From the NCBI GenBank assembly GCA_965248195.1, contig CBDFIQ010000002.1, forward strand, positions 2,432,001 to 2,496,000: a stretch of 64,000 nt of DNA, given 5' to 3'. Both the position numbers and the translations under genes were made by a program. The notes beneath the pieces are model-generated. The model was not told the origin of the DNA. It ran no database searches and saw nothing but the letters and a program-made list of their open reading frames with translations. Source of the DNA: Longimicrobiales bacterium. GTDB taxonomy: Bacteria > Gemmatimonadota > Gemmatimonadetes > Longimicrobiales > Gaopeijiaceae. Positions 30,099-42,724 of this stretch are shown in pieces. Position 1 is the stretch's first letter. Each line of letters begins with the position of its first letter.

Positions 30099-31295
30099 CT
30101 AACTACCCAAGAGGACCAGAATCTCATCCTGGCGCTCCCGCGGAGTGACTTCCGGACCATCCGCCCCCCAATGCACGTTGATCTCGCTCCGAACGCCCAC
30201 ATCGCCTGGAATGTAGATGCCGGGTTCCACCGAGAAGCCCACACCCCGAACCAACAGGCGGTTATCCTGGGTCTCGAGGTTGTCCAGGTTCGGTCCGCTG
30301 CCGTGGAGCTCGATGTCCATGGAGTGGCCGGTACGATGCACGAAAAACTCACCGAAGTCCCGGTCCGCGATGAACCCGCGGCACACGTCGTCGACCTCGT
30401 AGCCGCGTACCTCCCGGTCCTGCTCATGACGGGAGCGCAGAAAATCGATACCGGCCTCACGCGCCCCCCGAACCGCCTCCCAAATGGTCTGAAGCCGGTC
30501 CGGAACCGCGTCGGAGAGGATCCCCATCCAGGTCTGGTCCGCGAAGACTCCGCCTGCGGTGGGTTTCGCCCACAGATCGATCAGCAGGACCTCTCCCTCC
30601 GCGACCTTGGCACCGGCGTCACGCGGATCGTAATGGGGATCCGCGGCGTTCGGTCCGATGGCCACATGCGCATCCGCGTCGACCGGCAGCCCTCGTGCCG
30701 CCAATTCGTCGCGGATCCATCCGCCCAGCTGGCCCTCGAGAAGCGGCTTGCCAGTCCGGGCATGCTCGGCGGCCCGGGTAAAGGCGTCCATAGCCAAGGC
30801 CCGTAAGGTCTCGGCCGAGACCCGATGCGCCTCCAGCTGCTCCTTCGACCAGACCGAGTGGAACCTCGAGACCAGGTTCCCCGAGCTCACAGGGTCCACT
30901 CCTGCCTCTCGGAGTAAATCCAGGATGCCGGACGGCACCCGGTCCATGGTGGGAACACTCGAACGGGGGGAGACCTCCATGGCCAACCGCTTCCGGCCGC
31001 CGATCAACTCCGAGAGCCGGCTTTCCATCTCGCGCCACCCCGCGTAGTCGATGATTCCCCATGGCCAGTGCCGCCATGAGGAGTGTTCGATGGCGTGGAT
31101 CAGCGTCACGGGGTCCCCTTCGGCGGGGATCAGCGTGAAGGACCGGCGTGACGTCCATCCCAGACCGAGCATGGCTGTTGCGATCGGATTCTGGCCCCGG
31201 AAGTCGAAGAACAACCAACCCTCCAGCCCAGTGTCCCGAAGCGCGGCCTGCACCTTGGCGACTTGCTCGGCATTACTCATCGGCGCGACGCTCAT
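30099..31295 (-). CDS. M24-family (Xaa-Pro) aminopeptidase
   Basis: NAADPHY, LLIDLWAK, HRTGHS, FSVEPGIY, GVRSE. Confidence 0.9.
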   Translation of the reverse strand: MSVAPMSNAEQVAKVQAALRDTGLEGWLFFDFRGQNPIATAMLGLGWTSRRSFTLIPAEGDPVTLIHAIEHSSWRHWPWGIIDYAGWREMESRLSELIGGRKRLAMEVSPRSSVPTMDRVPSGILDLLREAGVDPVSSGNLVSRFHSVWSKEQLEAHRVSAETLRALAMDAFTRAAEHARTGKPLLEGQLGGWIRDELAARGLPVDADAHVAIGPNAADPHYDPRDAGAKVAEGEVLLIDLWAKPTAGGVFADQTWMGILSDAVPDRLQTIWEAVRGAREAGIDFLRSRHEQDREVRGYEVDDVCRGFIADRDFGEFFVHRTGHSMDIELHGSGPNLDNLETQDNRLLVRGVGFSVEPGIYIPGDVGVRSEINVHWGADGPEVTPRERQDEILVLLGS

Positions 31296-31297
31296 CG

Positions 31298-32293
31298 CTA
31301 CGCCTCGCCTCCCTCTGCGGCCCCGTCGCCGTCTCCGGCCTCGACACCATCGCCGTCTCTGTCCCCGACACCATCGCCGTCTCTGTCCCCGTCTTCGTCC
31401 TCGGCTCCAAAGAGCGGAAGGCCCGTCAGCTGTTCCTCTTCCGGAGTACGGTCGCCCGACGCCTCGACCCGCACCGAAGCTTCGGCGGCCACGGCGGTCT
31501 GGCCAGCCACAGGCTTCAGGCCCATGACGAGGTCGAGTCCGAGGATCCGCTCCTGTGTCAGAAGCTTGTGCACCTTCCGCTCCCGTGCCATCGCGGTCCA
31601 GACGCCCACCCAGCCCCAGCGGCGCCTAGCACGGCGGAGGATCCCTATCTTCTCGGGCAGGGTGAACAACTCCGTGAAGTCGGGGAACGGTTTCGTGATC
31701 TGGGGCCGGAAAGCCGTTTCCTCGTCGGACCAATCCTCCGTGTGTAATCCTTCGAGGCCCGCTTCCATCATGAATTTCTTCCACTCGACCACCATGAGAG
31801 GGTGGCAGCCGAGGTACTGAGAAAGGACTTCACGACGAACCGGGTCCACGGGCGCCTTCCACACAGGTTGGACGAGAACGACACTCGCGCCCGGCTTGGC
31901 GACCCTCACGATTTCCCTGACCGCGCTTTCCGCGGAAACCCGCTCAGTGAGGCCGAGTTCGGCTATCACGACGTCGAAGATGCGATCCCGGAAGGGTAAC
32001 CTGTCCATCTCTCCCGGCTGGACATGCACCCGTTCAAGCATGCCAATCGCCCGAAGCCGGTCCTCGACCTCGTCCAAAAGGGTAGGGTCGTCTTCGACCC
32101 CCGAGCCATGCACATCGTACTCGCGCACGAAGTGCTCCAGCGTGACCGCTAATCCCGAGGGAACGACCAGGACTTCATCGCCCTCCTTCATGTCGGTGAG
32201 AAGGGCAATTTGACGGCAAAGGGCGATGCCGCCGGGGGGGAACAACGGTCGGCGGCTCAGGTGGACCAGGTCGAGCATGGAAGGAATCTTCAT
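31298..32293 (-). CDS. Class I SAM-dependent methyltransferase-like protein with acidic tail
   Basis: FPPGG, EGDEVL, LPFRDRIFDVV, EIVRVAKPG; motif I is degenerate (VPSGLA). Confidence 0.75.
   Translation of the reverse strand: MKIPSMLDLVHLSRRPLFPPGGIALCRQIALLTDMKEGDEVLVVPSGLAVTLEHFVREYDVHGSGVEDDPTLLDEVEDRLRAIGMLERVHVQPGEMDRLPFRDRIFDVVIAELGLTERVSAESAVREIVRVAKPGASVVLVQPVWKAPVDPVRREVLSQYLGCHPLMVVEWKKFMMEAGLEGLHTEDWSDEETAFRPQITKPFPDFTELFTLPEKIGILRRARRRWGWVGVWTAMARERKVHKLLTQERILGLDLVMGLKPVAGQTAVAAEASVRVEASGDRTPEEEQLTGLPLFGAEDEDGDRDGDGVGDRDGDGVEAGDGDGAAEGGEA
31342..31389. repeat. 24-bp perfect tandem duplication (encodes GDRDGDGV)
   Basis: CGACACCATCGCCGTCTCTGTCCC x2. Confidence 0.9.
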
Positions 32294-32380
32294 GTCGGCG
32301 CGGGCGCCACCATGGGTCTCGGCGAGCATGTCGGAAAGTAGGCCGGCTCGCGTCCGGAGGCCAACGAGCGGGGGAGGCGC

Positions 32381-32902
32381 CTAAAAGACCGGCTCTTCCG
32401 CCGAATCCATCTCCCGCAGGGCCTCCCGCAGGCGATCCTCTTCCTCCGAGGACAACTCGGTGTTCGCTGTTTCCTCGGGCGGGGCGGACCGACGCATGTA
32501 TCGTAGGGTGGCCACAACGATCAGCATGCCCAGGATGATCGCGGCCGGCGGAACGAGCCAGGCCAACAGTCCGGCTCCGGACACGGGCGGGTAGGCGAGG
32601 TACTCCTCACCGTGACGTGCGAGCATCCAATCGACGAGCTCGTCGGTGGTCCAACCCTCCCGGGCCATCGCCTGCATACTGTCGCGGAGCAACGCCCCCG
32701 TGTAGGAAGTGCAGACTTCGAGCATTTGACCGGGGCAATACGGGGACTTGAGCCGGGAAATTGCTTCGTCCGCGGCGGGATGCGGTTCGAGTGGCCCCCG
32801 CAACGCCTCGCTCGGGCCCTGGGCTCCGAGTGGCTGTGCCTGAGTCGCCATGACCAGCGCGGCTAGACACCCCAGATTCCGTATCGTCTTGAGCATCTCC
32901 AT
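32381..32902 (-). CDS. ccmH: CcmH/CcmL-like cytochrome c biogenesis protein
   Basis: Signal peptide; RLKSPYCPGQMLEVC; MAREGWTTDELVDWMLARHGEEYLAYPP; LLAWLVP TM. Confidence 0.75.
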   Translation of the reverse strand: MEMLKTIRNLGCLAALVMATQAQPLGAQGPSEALRGPLEPHPAADEAISRLKSPYCPGQMLEVCTSYTGALLRDSMQAMAREGWTTDELVDWMLARHGEEYLAYPPVSGAGLLAWLVPPAAIILGMLIVVATLRYMRRSAPPEETANTELSSEEEDRLREALREMDSAEEPVF

Positions 32903-33118
32903 AACTAGGGCCCTTCACACGTCACGAGGCGTGCCGTACAAGAATTTGATCGTGTCGGACACTCTTTGCGGTGCCGTCTAATCTTAACCCGGAGACAAGA
33001 ATATGAGCCACCCATCAGAAATGGTGTGAGCCGGTTCTCCGGGGAAACGACGCAGCGGGCAGGCGTCGCGATAGCTCTTGCCGCCGCGGCACTTTTTTTG
33101 CCGCACCCGCCCTCCGGA

Positions 33119-33682
33119 TTAGCCTAGGAACCAGCCCAGGAACCGGATATCATCCTCGTCCACATCGTCATCATCATCATCATCGTCATCGTCATCGTCG
33201 TCATCGTCGTCGTCATCGTCATCATCGCCCACCGTGAAGATGAGAACCTGACCGTATCCTTGAATGGCCACCAGCTCCGAGGGCCGAGAGTCAATCGGGA
33301 TCAGATAGTAGGGTCCGTACCGGAGGACGGCCCACTCTTGGCTGGAGCGTGGGACTCGGGGCCCCGCTAGAAGCTGGTCGTTCATAATCCGAAACGCCGC
33401 ATCCACCATCGGCTCGCAAACGCCCGGTCGCTCGACGACGTGGATTGGCTCACCGGGTGAGACCCTCTTTATCCCCAAGTCCGCACGGTCGGCCGTCGGA
33501 TCCTGCTCATCCGACGTCAACAAGGGAGCGTAGTGTTCCAGCGCGAACATTCGTTCGGAATCGTCGAGGGGCCCGCATGGCCTACCTGTCGAGCTGGGTC
33601 CGTCCGCTCGCTGCCCCACAGCGACCGCCGGGGTCCAGGCGAAGCCCGATACACACAGGGCCGAAACTGCAAGAAGCTTCAT
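33119..33682 (-). CDS. Secreted hypothetical protein with a 21-residue poly-Asp run
   Basis: ATG at 33682 overlaps the upstream stop (ATGA); signal peptide MKLLAVSALCVSGFAW. Confidence 0.68.
   Translation of the reverse strand: MKLLAVSALCVSGFAWTPAVAVGQRADGPSSTGRPCGPLDDSERMFALEHYAPLLTSDEQDPTADRADLGIKRVSPGEPIHVVERPGVCEPMVDAAFRIMNDQLLAGPRVPRSSQEWAVLRYGPYYLIPIDSRPSELVAIQGYGQVLIFTVGDDDDDDDDDDDDDDDDDDDDDVDEDDIRFLGWFLG
33164..33226. repeat. GAT/GAC trinucleotide run (21 Asp codons)
   Basis: 63 nt of mixed ATC/GTC triplets on the + strand. Confidence 0.95.
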
Positions 33683-34806
33683 TGGGTAATGCATGCCTCG
33701 GCCCCTTTCCTTAGCTCGAAATCGTCCCGGTTGGCAAGGCCGGTCTGGCCGAAGGGCCCTTTCCGCTCCCACCGGTAGACCCGGTCCGGGGACATCATGT
33801 ACCCTGGCCATTCCGCGGCGCCTCTCTGCCAGTCCCTGAGGTCCAGTCGGCTCGGCCCCGTACGGAACCGCAGCCTGGGTTCCGAGATTGGCTGGACGTC
33901 GAACGTTCCATCGGGTCTTGGGAGCCAGCGGTTGCATGTGCCTGGATTCGATCGGATACCTCGGTGCACAGGGTGGGTGTGAATCTGGCCGAGAATGGTC
34001 CCACCTCCGTCGGTGATTTCCTTCTGGTAGCCTGGGTCCCACGGTGTCACGCATAGCTCAGGTTCACCTCCCGCCATCCCGTCAGGCGTGAAGTACCGGT
34101 GCTCGAGGAATTCGATCGAGCCGTCGGGTTGCTCTACAATATACCCTCCCCTCTCCAATCGGTTCGGGAACGGCTCGTCGAAGTTGCTGAGATCTGCTAG
34201 GTCGCTGAGGATCTTCTGGACCGCGGGATCGAGCAGTAAAGGGTCGTCAACCTCCTCGTCGAACATCGTGCAGAAGTCCGCACCCGTAACTGTGAACACG
34301 AGATCATTAAAGTCATCATCAGTACTATCCTCGAACCTCAGGGTCCACGCCGGGAAGTCGCCCGAAACCCGGATGGCCCCGGGGTGTCGGGTCCCGGGCC
34401 TGAAAAGGAAGACGATGGCGGTTCCCGCTGGAAAGGGACCATCGAATGGCCAGGTCTGGGGAAAGGCGGCCTGGCACGCACTGGTGAGGAGCACCTGGAA
34501 AACCGGACTTGTGAGGGTGACCCGGTTCCCCACAGCTGCGCACTTTGAGTCTACGAACTCCACGGTGAAGCCAGACTCCACGGGGAGCACAATGGATATC
34601 GCCGCAATTCTGGTCGTCGTGATCGGGGAGCCGTCGGACCCGATCTGCGGAAGACTGTCGGCCCGGGTGTTGATTATTGGTTCCGGCCCTTCTGGAGCGG
34701 TGATCAGATTACCCGCGGGCTCCTCCGAACACGCGGCTGTCCACACCGCGACAAGAAACGTGACGAGCCGTCCGATGCAGGGAGGCCGTGAACGGTAGGA
34801 TGGCAA
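33679..34806 (-). CDS. Lipoprotein with a Ca-binding/lectin-like motif and a C-terminal JAB/MPN-like domain
   Basis: GGAGG ribosome-binding site plus TTG start; lipobox TAAC; FEDSTDDDFNDLVF; ERGGYIV...IHTHP...GPSRLD. Confidence 0.72.
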   Translation of the reverse strand: MPSYRSRPPCIGRLVTFLVAVWTAACSEEPAGNLITAPEGPEPIINTRADSLPQIGSDGSPITTTRIAAISIVLPVESGFTVEFVDSKCAAVGNRVTLTSPVFQVLLTSACQAAFPQTWPFDGPFPAGTAIVFLFRPGTRHPGAIRVSGDFPAWTLRFEDSTDDDFNDLVFTVTGADFCTMFDEEVDDPLLLDPAVQKILSDLADLSNFDEPFPNRLERGGYIVEQPDGSIEFLEHRYFTPDGMAGGEPELCVTPWDPGYQKEITDGGGTILGQIHTHPVHRGIRSNPGTCNRWLPRPDGTFDVQPISEPRLRFRTGPSRLDLRDWQRGAAEWPGYMMSPDRVYRWERKGPFGQTGLANRDDFELRKGAEACITQ

Positions 34807-34881
34807 TTTTCCTCCCTCGAAAGGGCAAGACAGCGAGACAGCCTACAGTGGAGCCTCGGAAGGCTAGAGGGCTGTACTCCT

Positions 34882-35926
34882 TCAACAGCCTTCTAGGTCG
34901 ATCCCCGCCAGTCCCCGCAGGACAGCCGCTGCGCCCAGGCCGGTCCGGACAGGATCGTAGCCACCCTCCAGCGCAGCCACCACCCCCACTCGGGGCGCAT
35001 CGTCGGCCATGGGCTCTCTGGCCTCACCCTCTCTGGCCTCACCCTCTCTGGCTCCAGGCGCACGGGCCGCACTCGCCATCACCTCCAGCGTGAGCGCGTG
35101 AAGATCTTCGGGCTCCAGGAGCATCCCTCCCAAGGGATCGCCGGCCATTACGTCGAAGCCTGCCGAAATCAGGATGAAGTCCGGCTGGCAGGTCTCCAGA
35201 CCCTGGCTCAGCGCGTCGGAGAACTGCTGCGAGTATTCGGCCACCGAGGTGCCCGCCGGCAGCGGAACATTGAGCGTCCAGCCCGCTCCCTCGCCCACGC
35301 CGGTCTCGCTCGCCGCGCCGGTGCCCGGATAATGGGGGGACTGATGCAGCGACAAGTAGAACACGGTCCCGTCGGCGTAAAACGTGTCTTGCGTGCCGTT
35401 TCCATGGTGAACGTCCCAGTCCACGATAAGCACACGCTCGGCGCGGCCGGTCTCCTGCAGCCACCGGGCGGCGACGGCCACGTGGTTGATCAAGCAGAAG
35501 CCCATGGCGCGGTCCGGCGTGGCATGATGTCCCGGAGGCCGCGTCGCCACGAACGCGGAGGACAACGTTCCGTCCGCAACCTGCCCCGCCGCGGTAAGGA
35601 GTGCCGCCGTGGACCCGGTGGCCGCGCCCCACGAGGCGGCTGACACGATCGTGTCGGCGTCGAGCGAGACCGAGGCCCCTTCCTTCTCGGCTCGTTCCAC
35701 GGCCGTGCGAAGCAGCGCCAGGTATCCCCGCGCGTGAACTCGAAGAAGATCCTCTTCGGTTACCTGCCCGGGCTCGACTTGCACGACCCTCTCGTGCAGC
35801 GCCAACAGATCACGGCCTACGGCGGAGGCAAGGGCGCGGAGCCGGCCCTGATGCTCCGGATGCCCCCAACCGGTATCGTGGAGCGGTGCTTCTGGATGAA
35901 GAAGAAACCCCACCGGGCCGGCGGAG

Positions 35927-35934
<8 letters not shown>
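34882..35934 (-). CDS. Histone deacetylase-family Zn amidohydrolase
   Basis: [43 protein letters not shown]. Confidence 0.93.
35014..35052. repeat. 15-bp tandem repeat, about 2.6 copies (encodes AREGE)
   Basis: CTCTCTGGCCTCACC x2 plus a partial copy. Confidence 0.9.
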
Positions 35935-39265
<3,331 letters not shown>

Positions 39266-39451
39266 CGGAAAATACGGGGGGCTGCAGGCCGATGATTCGG
39301 CTGATCCACGGTGTGTAAAGCGGAGCAGACATCACGGCGAAAGGTACCGCAAAGAGCACGTCGGGCAAGCGCTTCCGGGTGCCCGCTGAAGAGGTGGGGC
39401 CAGCCGCCATCCGTGCGACCGCACGGGTACCGGGGAGCGCCACGCAGCCCC

Positions 39452-39562
39452 TCAATCTCCCTTGTCGGACTCCTTACGCACTGCGGTGAACAGGGCCAGG
39501 GAAAATCCGCCCCAAACGAACCCGAGAACGAGCACCATCGTGACTACGGTAGAAGTCGTCAT
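39452..39562 (-). CDS. 36-aa membrane peptide resembling MetS-type small subunits of NSS transporters
   Basis: MTTSTVVTMVLVLGFVWGGFSLALFTAVRKE with the xWGG motif; GGAGA ribosome-binding site. Confidence 0.65.
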   Translation of the reverse strand: MTTSTVVTMVLVLGFVWGGFSLALFTAVRKESDKGD

Positions 39563-39656
39563 GAAGGCATTCTCCGAGGGAGAGACACTGAGCACAAGGA
39601 GGCCCCGGTGTGGCGTCCCAGATGCACGCGATCCGTGCTGAGGGTGGAAGCGGCGG

Positions 39657-40037
39657 TCATCGAGCAAGCTCGACGGTGATCCCACTGAGGTCGGTGATCG
39701 GCGCGTTGTTATCGTCCACGGCCTCGACGGTCGTTACGGTCAGCCCGGGACGCCGCACGTCGTCCATGGCCACACGAAAACGGATTCGGTCCGGGTTGCC
39801 CGCGACCAGCACGACCCGGTAGACGTCGGTCTCCGGCTTCGCGAAGAAGACCCGCGTCTGGCCGGCGTCCGTGACATCCCGGATACCGGGCCCACTGATC
39901 TCGAGAACGATCGCACCCACGCGGCTCGCCCCGGACGTTACGATGCCCCTGAGTTGGCCTGGACCTCTCGGTCCCCAATCGCAGGCGCTGAGCGTCAGCG
40001 CGACAGCCATGCAGGTGACCAGCCGTACGCACCTCAT
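39657..40037 (-). CDS. Beta-rich lipoprotein of unknown function
   Basis: Lipobox LSAC; ATGA-coupled to the M6 protease gene. Confidence 0.72.
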   Translation of the reverse strand: MRCVRLVTCMAVALTLSACDWGPRGPGQLRGIVTSGASRVGAIVLEISGPGIRDVTDAGQTRVFFAKPETDVYRVVLVAGNPDRIRFRVAMDDVRRPGLTVTTVEAVDDNNAPITDLSGITVELAR

Positions 40038-42610
40038 CGCTGAGTCCCCCCGAAGAGGGGAATCACTATCGGGTCCGGAGGCGCCAGGACCCGGGCCCGC
40101 GACCCCGCCGGTCCGATCACTGGATGGTTCGGATTACCCAGAACCCATGCACGAAAATCGCCCAAATCGTAGGCCCCGTCGCCGTCGCCCTGGAGGTCGA
40201 GGAAGGTCTCGAGCGCGAGGTTCCCCATCCCCACGCCCAAGAACGGCTCCGCCATGACCTGAAGCCCGACCTCCGGAGGCCCAACTGTGAGGTCGATGTC
40301 GACGGCATCCGTCAGTCCGATGGCGTCTGTAGCCTGGACCGTCACCATGAAATTCCCCATCTCCACAGGCGACCCCCTCAGAGCCCGCTCAGTCCCTGCC
40401 ATGAAGAAAACGCCCGCTGGTAAGCCACTCGTAACCCACACCAGGGGCTCGTTGGCGTTCAAGACCGTGAATCGGATATCCACGTCAGACGCCGCACTGA
40501 CGTCAAACTGTATCCCATCATCCGATGATACGGTGTAGGTGAGGTCGAAGAGGGCTGTGGCGGTATTAGGGGCCGTGACGACCACGGTGGTGGGATTGGG
40601 CTGGCCCAGCAACGCCCCCGCCCACCGGCTGAACACCAACCCGGTACTCGGTTGCGCCCAAACGCTCACGTCGATCGCATCACGGATCCATCCGGGCTCG
40701 GAATCGGGGTTGAGAACCACCACACCCGGCACCACACCCGGGACGGGACTCTCCAAGGTGATATCGAAGCTCACCTCGGAGTTTCCGTAGCTCGCCGTGA
40801 GCGTCGAATCGGCGACCCCCGTCGTCCAGCTCCGGACACGCGGCTGGCCGTCGCTCCACGCCAGGAAGCCGTACCGCAGACCGATACCGTACAAAGCTCC
40901 GCCGCTGGCCTCGAGGGTGTGCCCCTGGAAGGGAGCCGACGTGAAGGGGACCGTCGGCCCGGCAGAGACAGCGCCGTCCACCGTGAAAACACTCCCGGAC
41001 GCGCCGAGACCGGCGGACTGGAGCGTCACGGCCTGGTAGCGCGTGAGCGCCCGAAACTCCATCCGGGTGCCCACCTGCTGTATGTCCAACAGAGTGACTC
41101 CCGCAGCCGTGTTCGTCGGGATACCGTGCAGGCCGTTCAAACCCTTGTAGGTGAAGGAGGACGGCACCGTCCCGGCGTGGAAGGCGGTAGCACCGGAGAC
41201 TCCCGGAAACGGGTCCCCGGCGTCGCCCCGCTGGCCCGCCTGAGCCAGAGAGTTTTCTCCATCCGCCTGCCGAAGCCATACGCCCATGCGGGACGCCGAC
41301 GTGTTCACATGATTGCCGGCCCACGCGCTGTTCACGGCCTCGGTGTCGATCTGCCAGACGAAGAGCCCGGGGGCGGGTAGGCTCACGTCGAAACCGAGGC
41401 GCTGCCGGTTCTCCAACAGGTAGTAGTCCCCACTTCCGTCGCCGGTGTCGATCCTGATGACGTCCCCGGTCGTCTCCGCCGGATCCAGGGCGAGCACACC
41501 GAGGTCCGCGTCCGCCAGCAGCGTGGTGACGTTGGCCCAACCCAGCACTTCCTTGCTCCAGGCCGTCATATGACACGGCACCTCAGCGCCCTGCCCATTA
41601 CAGCCCCAGGGGCCCGTACCCATCAGCCCCCAACGCCCCACGCCCCCGTGATCCGCACCGACAGCATAAAGGTCCGGGAGCCCGAAGCCGTGGCCGAGCT
41701 CGTGCGCGAAGACTCCGATCTCGTTGATCTTCGAGGGATCACACGAAAGAACCGGCTGGATGGTATAGTCGTCGACAAGGATGAACCCGCCGTTTGCCGA
41801 CACGGTCGACGTCGTGAAGACCTGTCCGGCCGAGTCGCGGAGCTGCCAGTAGTGCGACCACACGACACCGGGGCCGCTTCCACCGCACTCGGCGCCCGAG
41901 GTGGGATGCATGACGGCCAGAAGGTCCACGAAGCCGTCGTCATCGCCGGAGTTGGGCATACGATCAGGTCCATCGTTGTCGTACTCGCCCCAGTCGACGC
42001 CTCCGAGGTCCGCGTTCGAGAGGACCTCGACGATGAATTCACCGACGTCGTCGGCCGCGCCGAGGCCGTCGCTGGTCCCGGCGACTTCATCCGAGCTAAG
42101 GCTCGCCTGAAACCAGTCCCGCGTCTCTCCGACGAGCGTGACCAGACCACCCGAAAGCTCCGAGTAGAATTCGGTGATCGTCGCGAATCGACTGTTCGGG
42201 CCGTCGAAGAACTCCTGCTGGACGATGGTCCGGGTGAGGCTCACGCCCGAGGCGGCCCCGACGTCCCCGGTCGGAATCCCAGGCGTGTCGGAGTAGAGAC
42301 CGAGTAGTAAGGGAAACCTGATGGTGCCGGTCACGCTCCCCGCCCGCCGGCCCAAGACGGCTGCTCCTCTCAGCGCCGCGCCGCCGGCTGCCCCCGTAGC
42401 GGCACGCAGCCCCAGCCGGGATCTCCAACCCCTCGTCGGACGGTACGCCCCCGGATTTCGGCCAAGCTCCTCGAAATACGCAGCGGGGGGAGTAGTGCCA
42501 TAGTGCTCGGCGAGCAACTCGACGTCCTGCGCACCGAGCCCGCTGGGGACGAGCCCAACCGTCACCGCGAACGCTGCCATCGTGCGTGTGGCCACCGCGA
42601 ACGGCCTCAA
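40034..42610 (-). CDS. M6 (immune inhibitor A)-family metalloprotease with C-terminal beta repeats and Ig-like domain
   Basis: IGVFAHELGHGFGLPDLY, WGLMGTG, HMTAWSKEVLGW, YYLLENRQ, GDAGDPFPG; start uncertain. Confidence 0.9.
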   Translation of the reverse strand: MRPFAVATRTMAAFAVTVGLVPSGLGAQDVELLAEHYGTTPPAAYFEELGRNPGAYRPTRGWRSRLGLRAATGAAGGAALRGAAVLGRRAGSVTGTIRFPLLLGLYSDTPGIPTGDVGAASGVSLTRTIVQQEFFDGPNSRFATITEFYSELSGGLVTLVGETRDWFQASLSSDEVAGTSDGLGAADDVGEFIVEVLSNADLGGVDWGEYDNDGPDRMPNSGDDDGFVDLLAVMHPTSGAECGGSGPGVVWSHYWQLRDSAGQVFTTSTVSANGGFILVDDYTIQPVLSCDPSKINEIGVFAHELGHGFGLPDLYAVGADHGGVGRWGLMGTGPWGCNGQGAEVPCHMTAWSKEVLGWANVTTLLADADLGVLALDPAETTGDVIRIDTGDGSGDYYLLENRQRLGFDVSLPAPGLFVWQIDTEAVNSAWAGNHVNTSASRMGVWLRQADGENSLAQAGQRGDAGDPFPGVSGATAFHAGTVPSSFTYKGLNGLHGIPTNTAAGVTLLDIQQVGTRMEFRALTRYQAVTLQSAGLGASGSVFTVDGAVSAGPTVPFTSAPFQGHTLEASGGALYGIGLRYGFLAWSDGQPRVRSWTTGVADSTLTASYGNSEVSFDITLESPVPGVVPGVVVLNPDSEPGWIRDAIDVSVWAQPSTGLVFSRWAGALLGQPNPTTVVVTAPNTATALFDLTYTVSSDDGIQFDVSAASDVDIRFTVLNANEPLVWVTSGLPAGVFFMAGTERALRGSPVEMGNFMVTVQATDAIGLTDAVDIDLTVGPPEVGLQVMAEPFLGVGMGNLALETFLDLQGDGDGAYDLGDFRAWVLGNPNHPVIGPAGSRARVLAPPDPIVIPLFGGTQR

Positions 42611-42724
42611 AAAGCGGTCCGTCTCAAAGAGCAGTCCTTCTCAAAGCGAGGATTTCCTCACAGGGGTGGGCGTCCTTCCACCACGAGTCTCCTCGCGGCA
42701 TGATGGCGCCTCCCCAATCTTCAC

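Noticed and set aside
39563..39656. SAM riboswitch upstream of the MetS-like peptide
   Set aside because: No recognisable SAM-I or SAM-II core sequences.
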